A stretch of 64,000 nt of DNA, from contig OZ024752.1 of assembly GCA_964016885.1 (NCBI GenBank), forward strand, positions 16,554,001-16,618,000, read 5' to 3'. Positions 53,141 through 61,920 of the stretch are shown here, one piece after another. Source of the stretch: Eledone cirrhosa (taxonomy: Eukaryota). Under the pieces are notes generated by a model. It was given only the letters and a program-made list of their open reading frames with translations, was not told the origin of the DNA and made no database searches. The position numbers and the translations under genes were made by a program. Each line of letters starts with the position of its first letter. Within the stretch, counting starts at the first letter, position 1.

Positions 53141-56100
53141 TCACTCTGATGTCAGCCGTGTCTGGTAGTCTGTTATGGGAAGGATCACTCTGATGTCAGC
53201 CGTGTGTGGTAGTCTGTCTAGGTGAAGGATCACTCTGATGTCAGTCGTGTGTGGTAGTCTGTCTAGGTGAAGGATCACTCTGATGTCAGCCGTGTGTGGT
53301 AGTCTGTCTAGGGGAAGGATCACTCTGATGTCAGCCTGTGTGGTAGTCTGTCTAAGGGAAGGATCACTCTGATGTCAGCCGTGTGTGGTAGTCTGTCTAA
53401 GGGAAGGATCACTCTGATGTCAGTCATGTGTGGTAGTCTGTTATGGGAAGGATCACTCTGATGTCAGCCGTGTGTGGTAGTCTGTCTGGGGGAAGGATCA
53501 CTCTCATGTCAGCCGTGTGTGGCAGTCTGTTATGGGAAGGATCACTCTGATGTCAGCCGTGTGTGGTAGTCTGTCTAGGGGAAGGATCAGTCTGATGTCA
53601 GCCGTGTGTGGTAGTCTGTCTAGGGGAAGGATCACTCTGATGTCAGCCGTGTGTGGTAGTCTGTCTAGGAGAAGGATCACTCTGATGTCAGCCGTGTGTG
53701 GCAGTCTGTTATGGGAAGGATCACTCTGATGTCAGCCGTGTGTGGTAGTCAGTCTAGGGGAAGGATCACTCTGATGTCAGCCGTGTGTGGTAGTCTGTCT
53801 AGGGGAAGGATCACTCTGATGTCAGCCGTGTGTGGTAGTCTGTCTAAAGGAAGGATCACTCTGATGTCAGCTGTGTTGTAGTCTGTCTAAGAGAAGGATC
53901 ACTCTGATGTCAGCTGTGTGTGGTAGTCTGTCTAGGTGAAGGATCACTCTGATGTCAGCCGTGTGTGGTAGTCTGTCTAAGGGAAGGATCACTCTGATGT
54001 CAGCCGTGTGTGGTAGTCTGGTAAGGGAAGGATCACTCTGATGTCAGCTGTGTGTGGTAGTCTGTCTAAGGGAAGGATCACTCTGATGTCAGCTGTGTGT
54101 GGTAGTCTGTCTAGGGGAAGGATCACTCTGATGTCAGCCAAGTGTGGTAGTCTGTCTAGGGGAAGGATCACTCTGATGTCAGCCGTGTGTGGTAGTCTGT
54201 TATGGGAAGGATCACTCTGATGTCAGCCGTGTGTGGTAGTCTGTCTAGGTGAAGGATCACTCTGATGTCAGTCGTGTGTGGTAGTCTGTCTAGGTGAAGG
54301 ATCACTCTGATGTCAGCCGTGTGTGGTAGTCTGTCTAAGGGAAAGATCACTCTGATGTCAGCGTGTGTGGTAGTCTGTCTAAGGGAAGGATCACTCTGAT
54401 GTCAGCCGTGTGTGGTAGTCTGTCTAGGGGAAGGATCACTCAGATGTCAGCCAAGTGTGGTAGTCTGTCTAGGGGAAGGATCACTCTGATGTCAGCCGTG
54501 TGTGGTAGTCTGTCTATGGGAAGAATCACTCTGATGTCAGCCGTGTGAGGTAGTCTGTCTAGGGGAAGGATCACTCTGATGTCAGCCAAGTGTGGTAGTC
54601 TGTCTAGGTGAAGGATCACCCTGATGTCAGCCGTGTGTGGTAGTCTGTTATGGGAAGGATCACTCTGATGTCAGCCGTGTGTGGTAGTCTGTTATGGGAA
54701 GGATCACTCCGATGTCAGCCGTGTGTGGTAGTCTGTTTAGGGGAAGGATCACTCTGATGTCAGCCGTGTGTGGTAGTATGTCTAGGGGAAGGATCACTCT
54801 GATGTCAGCCGTGTGTGGTCGTCTGTCTAGGGGAAGGATCACTCTGATGTCAGCCGTGTGTGGTAGTCTGTCTAGGGGAAGGATCACTCTGATGTCAGCC
54901 AAGTGTGGTAGTCTGTCTAGGGGAAGGATCACTCTGATGTCAGCCGTGTGTGGCAGTCTGTTATGGGAAGGATCACTCTGATGTCAGCCGTGTGTGGTAG
55001 TCTGTCTAGGGGAAGGATCACTCTGATGTCAGCCGTGTGTGGTAGTCTGTCTAGGGGAAGGATCACTCTGATGTCAGCCGTGTGTGGTAGTCTGTCTAGG
55101 GGAAGGATCACTCTGATGTCAGCCAAGTGTGGTAGTCTGTCTAGGGGAAGGATCACTCTGATGTCAGCCGTGTGTGGTAGTCTGTCTTGGTGAAGGATCA
55201 CTCTGATGTCAGCGTGTGTGGTAGTCTGTCTAAGGGAAGGATTACTCTGATGTCAGCCGTGTGTGGTAGTCTGTCTAGGGGAAGGATCACTCTGATGTCA
55301 GCCGTGTGTGGTAGTCTGTCTAGGGGAAGGATCACTCTGATGTCAGCCGTGTGTGGTAGTCTGTCTAGGGGAAGGATCACTCTGATGTCAGCCGTGTGTG
55401 GTAGTCTGTCTAGGGGAAGGATCACTCTGATGTCAGCCGTGTGTGGTAGTCTGTCTAGGGGGAGGATCACTCTGATGTGAGCCGTGTGTGGTAGTCTGTC
55501 TAGGTGAAGGATCACTCTGATGTCAGCTGTGTGTGGTAGTCTGTCTAGGGGAAGGATCACTCTGATGTCAGCCATGTGTGGTAGTCTGTCTAGGGGAAGG
55601 ATCACTTTGATGTCAGCCACGTGTGGTAGTCTGTCTAGGTGAAGGATCACTCTGATGTCAGCCGTGTGTGGTAGTCTGTCTAGGTGAAGGATCACTCTGA
55701 TGTCAGCCAAGTGTGGTAGTCTGTCTAGGGGAAGGATCACTCTCATGTCAGCCGTGTGTGGTAGTCTGTTATGGGAAGGATCACTCTGATGTCAGCCGTG
55801 TGTGGTAGTCTGTCTAGGTGAAGGATCACTCTGATATCAGCCGTGTGTGGTAGTCTGTCTAGGTGAAGGACCACTCTGATGTCAGCCAAGTGTGGTAGTA
55901 TGTCTAGGGGAAGGATCACTCTGATGTCAGCCGTGTCTGGTAGTCTGTTATGGGAAGGATCACTCTGATGTCAGCCGTGTGTGGTAGTCTGTCTAGGTGA
56001 AGGATCACTCTGATGTCAGTCGTGTGTGGTAGTCTGTCTAGGTGAAGGATCACTCTGATGTCAGCCGTGTGTGGTAGTCTGTCTAGGGGAAGGATCACTC

Positions 56101-57300
56101 TGATGTCAGCCTGTGTGGTAGTCTGTCTAAGGGAAGGATCACTCTGATGTCAGCCGTGTGTGGTAGTCTGTCTAAGGGAAGCATCACTCTGATGTCAGTC
56201 ATGTGTGGTAGTCTGTTATGGGAAGGATCACTCTGATGTCAGCCGTGTGTGGTAGTCTGTCTAGGGGAAGGATCACTCTCATGTCAGCCGTGTGTGGCAG
56301 TCTGTTATGGGAAGGATCACTCTGATGTCAGCCGTGTGTGGTAGTCTGTCTAGGGGAAGGATCAGTCTGATGTCAGCCGTGTGTGGTAGTCTGTCTAGGG
56401 GAAGGATCACTCTGATGTCAGCCGTGTGTGGTAGTCTGTCTAGGGGAAGGATCACTCTGATGTCAGCCAAGTGTGGTAGTCTGTCTAGGGGAAGGATCAC
56501 TCTGATGTCAGCCGTGTGTGGCAGTCTGTTATGGGAAGGATCACTCTGATGTCAGCCGTGTGTGGTAGTCTGTCTAGGGGAAGGATCACTCTGATGTCAG
56601 CCGTGTGTGGTAGTCTGTCTAGGGGAAGGATCACTCTGATGTCAGCCGTGTGTGGTAGTCTGTCTAAAGGAAGGATCACTCTGATGTCAGCTGTGTGTGG
56701 TAGTCTGTCTAAGAGAAGGATCACTCTGATGTCAGCTGTGTGTGGTAGTCTGTCTAGGTGAAGGATCACTCTGATGTCAGCCGTGTGTGGTAGTCTGTCT
56801 AAGGGAAGGATCACTCTGATGTCAGCCGTGTGTGGTAGTCTGGTAAGGGAAGGATCACTCTGATGTCAGCTGTGTGTGGTAGTCTGTCTAAGGGAAGGAT
56901 CACTCTGATGTCAGCTGTGTGTGGTAGTCTGTCTAGGGGAAGGATCACTCTGATGTCAGCCAAGTGTGGTAGTCTGTCTAGGGGAAGGATCACTCTGATG
57001 TCAGCCGTGTGTGGTAGTCTGTTATGGGAAGGATCACTCTGATGTCAGCCGTGTGTGGTAGTCTGTCTAGGTGAAGGATCACTCTGATGTCAGTCGTGTG
57101 TGGTAGTCTGTCTAGGTGAAGGATCACTCTGATGTCAGCCGTGTGTGGTAGTCTGTCTAAGGGAAAGATCACTCTGATGTCAGCGTGTGTGGTAGTCTGT
57201 CTAAGGGAAGGATCACTCTGATGTCAGCCGTGTGTGGTAGTCTGTCTAGGGGAAGGATCACTCAGATGTCAGCCAAGTGTGGTAGTCTGTCTAGGGGAAG
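51880..57300 (+). repeat. Tandem block duplication, unit ~2,775 bp
   Basis: ORF pairs 51885/54660, 52154/54929, 52423/55198, 53141/55916 and 53517/56292. The rare CTCTCATG variant recurs at offset 2,775 (CTCA at 52967/55742). The offset shifts to 2,822 later (53989/56811). Confidence 0.87.
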
Positions 57301-57699
57301 GATCACTCTGATGTCAGCCGTGTGTGGTAGTCTGTCTAGGTGAAGGATCACTCTGATGTCAGCTGTGTGTGGTAGTCTGTCTAGGGGAAGGATCACTCAG
57401 ATGTCAGCCAAGTGTGGTAGTCTGTCTAGGGGAAGGATCACTCTGATGTCAGCCGTGTGTGGTAGTCTGTCTAGGTGAAGGATCACTCAGATGTCAGCCG
57501 TGTGTGGTAGTCTGTCTAGGTGAAGGATCACTCTGATGTCAGTCGTGTGTGGTAGTCTGTCTAGGTGAAGGATCACTCTGATGTCAGCCGTGTGTGGTAG
57601 TCTGTCTAAGGGAAGGATCACTCTGATGTCAGCGTGTGTGGTAGTCTGTCTAAGGGAAGGATCACTCTGATGTCAGCCGTGTGTGGTAGTCTGTCTAGG

Positions 57700-60600
57700 G
57701 GAAGGATCACTCTGATGTCAGCCGTGTGAGGTAGTCTGTCTAGGGGAAGGATCACTCTGATGTCAGCCAAGTGTGGTAGTCTGTCTAGGTGAAGGATCAC
57801 CCTGATGTCAGCCGTGTGTGGTAGTCTGTTATGGGAAGGATCACTCTGATGTCAGCCGTGTGTGGTAGTCTGTTATGGGAAGGATCAGTCTGATGTCAGC
57901 CGTGTGTGGTAGTCTGTCTAGGGGAAGGATCACTCTGATGTCAGCCGTGTGTGGTAGTCTGTCTAGGGGAAGGATCACTCTGATGTCAGCCGTGTGTGGT
58001 AGTCTGTCTAGGGGAAGGATCACTCTGATGTCAGCCGTGTGTGGCAGTCTGTCAAAGGGAAGGATCACTCTGATGTCAGCCGTGTGTGGTAGTCTTTCTA
58101 GGGGAAGGATCACTCTGATGTCAGCCGTGTGTGGTAGACTGTTATGGGAAGGATCACTCTGATGTCAGCCGTGTGTGGTAGTCTGTCTAGGGGAAGGATC
58201 ACTCTGATGTCAGCCGTGTGTGGTAGTCTGTCTAGGTGAAGGATCACACTGATGTCAGCCGTGTGTGGTAGTCTGTCTAGGGGAAGGATCACTCTGATGT
58301 CAGCCGTGTGTGGTAGTCTGTCTAGGTGAAGGATCACTCTGATGTTAGCCGTGTGTGGTAGTCTGTCTAGGTGAAGGATCACTCTGATGTCAGCGTGTGT
58401 GGTAGTCTGTCTAAGGGTAGGATCACTCTGATGTCAGCCGTGTGGGGGTAGTCTGTCTAGGGGAAGGATCACTCCGATGTTAGCCGTGTGTGGTAGTCTG
58501 TTATGGGAAGGATCACTCTGATGTCAGCCGTGTATGGTGGTCTGTTATGGGAAGGATCACTCCGATGTCAGCTGTGTGTGGTAGTCTGTTATGGGAAGGA
58601 TCACTCCGATGTCAGCCGTGTGTGGTAGTCTGTCTAGGGGAAGGATCACTCTGATGTCAGCTGTGTGTGGCAGTCTGTCTAGGGGAAGGATCACTCAGAT
58701 GTCAGTCAAGTGTGGTAGTCTGTCTAGGGGAAGGATCACTCTGATGTCAGCCATGTGTGGTAGTCTGTCTATGGGAAGGATCACTCTGATGTCAGCCGTG
58801 TGTGGTAGTCTGTCTAGGGGAAGGATCACTCTGATGTCAGCCAAGTGTGGTAGTCTATCTAGGTGAAGGATCACCCTGATGTCAGCCGTGTGTGGTAGTC
58901 TGTTATGGGAAGGATCACTCTGATGTCAGCCGTGTGTGGTAGTCTGTTATGGGAAGGATCACTCTGATGTCAGCCGTGTGTGGTAGTCTGTCTAGGGGAA
59001 GGATCACTCTGATGTCAGCCGTGTGTGGTAGTCTGTCTAGGGGAAGGATCACTCTGATGTCAGCCGTGTGTGGTAGTCTGTCTAGGGGAAGGATCACTCT
59101 GATGTCAGCCTGTGTGGTAGTCTGTCTAAGGGAAGGATCACTCTGATGTCAGCCGTGTGTGGTAGTCTGTCTAAGGGTAGGATCACTCTGATGTCAGTCA
59201 TGTGTGGTAGTCTGTTATGGGAAGGATCACTCTGATGTCAGCCCCGTGTGGTAGTCTGTCTAGGGGAAGGATCACTCTGATGTCAGCCGTGTGTGGCAGT
59301 CTGTTATGGGAGGGATCACTCTGATGTCCGCCGTGTGTGGTAGTCTGTCTAGTGGAAGGATCACTCTGATGTCAGCCGTGTGTGGTAGTCTGTCTAGGGG
59401 AAGGATCACTCTGATGTCAGCCGTGTGTGGTAGTCTGTCTAGGGGAAGGATCACTCTGATGTCAGCCGTGTGTGGTAGTCTGTCTAGGGGAAGGATCACT
59501 CTGATGTCAGCCAAGTGTGGTAGTCTGTTATGGGAAGGATCACTCTGATGTCAGCCATGTGTGGTAGTCTGTCTAGGGGAAGGATCACTCTGATGTCAGC
59601 CGTGTGTGGTAGTCTGTCTAGGGGAAGGATCACTCTGATGTCAGCCGTGTGTGGTAGTCTGTCTAAAGGAAGGATCACTCTGATGTCAGCTGTGTGTGGT
59701 AGTCTGTCTAAGAGAAGGATCACTCTGATGTCAGCTGTGTGTGGTAGTCTGTCTATGTGAAGGATCACTCTGATGTCAGCCGTGTGTGGTAGCCTGTCTA
59801 AGGGAAGGATCACTCTTATGTCAGCCGTGTGTGGTAGTCTGTTATGGGAAGGATCACTCTGATGTCAGCCGTGTGTGGTAGTCTGTTATGGGAAGGATCA
59901 CTCTGATGTCAGCCGTGTGTGGTAGTCTGTCTAAGGGAAGGATCACTCTGATGTCAGCCGTGTGTGGTAGTCTGCTAAGGGAAGGATCACTCTGATGTCA
60001 GCTGTGTGTGGTAGTCTGTCTAAGGGAAGGATCACTCTGATGTCAGCTGTGTGTGGTAGTCTGTCTAGGTGAAGGATCACTCTGATGTCAGCCGTGTGTG
60101 GTAGCCTGTCTAAGGGAAGGATCACTCTTATGTCAGCCGTGTGTGGTAGTCTGTTATGGGAAGGATCACTCTGATGTCAGCCGTGTGTGGTAGTCTGTCT
60201 AGGTGAAGGATCACTCTGATGTCAGCTGTGTGTGGTAGTCTGTCTAGGTGAAGGATCACTCTGATGTCAGCCGTGTGTGGTAGTCTGTCTAAGGGAAGGA
60301 TCACTCTGATGTCAGCGTGTGTGGTAGTCTGTCTAAGGGAAGGATCACTCTGATATCAGCCGTGTGTGGTAGTCTGTCTAGGGGAAGGATCACTCAGATG
60401 TCAGCCAAGTGTGGTAGTCTGTCTAGGGGAAGGATCACTCTGATGTCAGCCGTGTGTGGTAGTCTGTCTATGGGAAGGATCAGTCTGATGTCAGCCGTGT
60501 GTGGTAGTCTGTCTAGGGGAAGGACCACTCTGATGTCAGCCAAGTGTGGTAGTCTGTCTAGGTGAAGGATCACCCTGATGTCAGCCGTGTGTGGTAGTCT

Positions 60601-61920
60601 GTTATGGGAAGGATCACTCTGATGTCAGCCGTGTGTGGTAGTCTGTTATGGGAAGGATCACTCTGATGTCAGCCGTGTGTGGTAGTCTATCTAGGTGAAG
60701 GATCACTCTGATGTCAGCCGTGTGTGGTAGTCTGTCTAGGTGAAGGATCACTCTGATGTCAGCGTGTGTGGTAGTCTGTCTAAGGGAAGGATCACTCTGA
60801 TGTCAGCCGTGTGGGGTAGTCTGTCTAGGGGAAGGATCACTCCGATGTCAGCCGTGTGTGGTAGTCTGTTATGGGAAGGATCACTCTGATGTCAGCCGTG
60901 TGTGGTAGTCTGCTATGGGAAGGATCATTCTGATGTCAGCTGTGTGTGGTAGTCTGTTATGGGAAGGATCACTCCGATGTCAGCCGTGTGTGGTAGTCTG
61001 TCTAGGGGAAGGATCACTCTGATGTCAGCTGTGTGTGGTAGTCTTTTATGGGAAGGATCACTCTGATGTCAGCCGTGTGTGGTAGTCTGTTATGGGAAGG
61101 ATCACTCTGATGTCAGTCGTGTGTGGTAGTCTGTCTAGGGGAAGGATCACTCTGATGTCAGTCGTGTGTGGTAGTCTGTCTAGGGGAAGGATCACTCTGA
61201 TGTCAGCCGTGTGTGGTAGTCTGTCTAGGGGAAGGATCACTCTGATGTCAGCTGTGTGTGGCAGTCTGTCTAGGGGAAGGATCACTCTGATGTCAGCCAT
61301 GTGTGGTAGTCTGTCTAGAGGAAGGATCACTCTGACGTCAGCCGTGTGTGGTAGTCTGTTATGGGAAGGATCACTCTGATGTCAGCCGTTTGTGGTAGTC
61401 TGTCTAGGGGAAGGATCACTCTGATGTCAGCCGTGTGTGGTAGTCTGTCTAGGGGAAGGATCACTCTGATGTCAGCCGTGTGTGGTAGTCTGTCTAGGGG
61501 GAGGATCACTCTGATGTGAGCCGTGTGTGGTAGTCTGTCTAGGTGAAGGATCACTCTGATGTCAGCTGTGTGTGGTAGTCTGTCTAGGGGAAGGATCACT
61601 CTGATGTCAGCCATGTGTGGTAGTCTGTCTAGGGGAAGGATCACTTTGATGTCAGCCACGTGTGGTAGTCTGTCTAGGTGAAGGATCACTCTGATGTCAG
61701 CCGTGTGTGGTAGTCTATCTAGGTGAAGGATCACTCTGATGTCAGCCAAGTGTGGTAGTCTGTCTAGGGGAAGGATCACTCTGATGTCAGCCGTGTGTGG
61801 TAGTCTGTTATGGGAAGGATCACTCTGATGTCAGCCGTGTGTGGTAGTCTGTCTAGGTGAAGGATCACTCTGATATCAGCCGTGTGTGGTAGTCTGTCTA
61901 GGTGAAGGATCACTCTGATG
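57700..61920 (+). repeat. ~4.2-kb dispersed copy of ~41.5-45.7 kb (offset 16,191 then 16,236 bp)
   Basis: CCGTGTGAGG at 41531/57722. ORF pairs 41650/57841, 41919/58110 and 42400/58591, then 43036/59272, 44081/60317, 44822/61058 and 45091/61327 after gain of one monomer. Confidence 0.88.
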
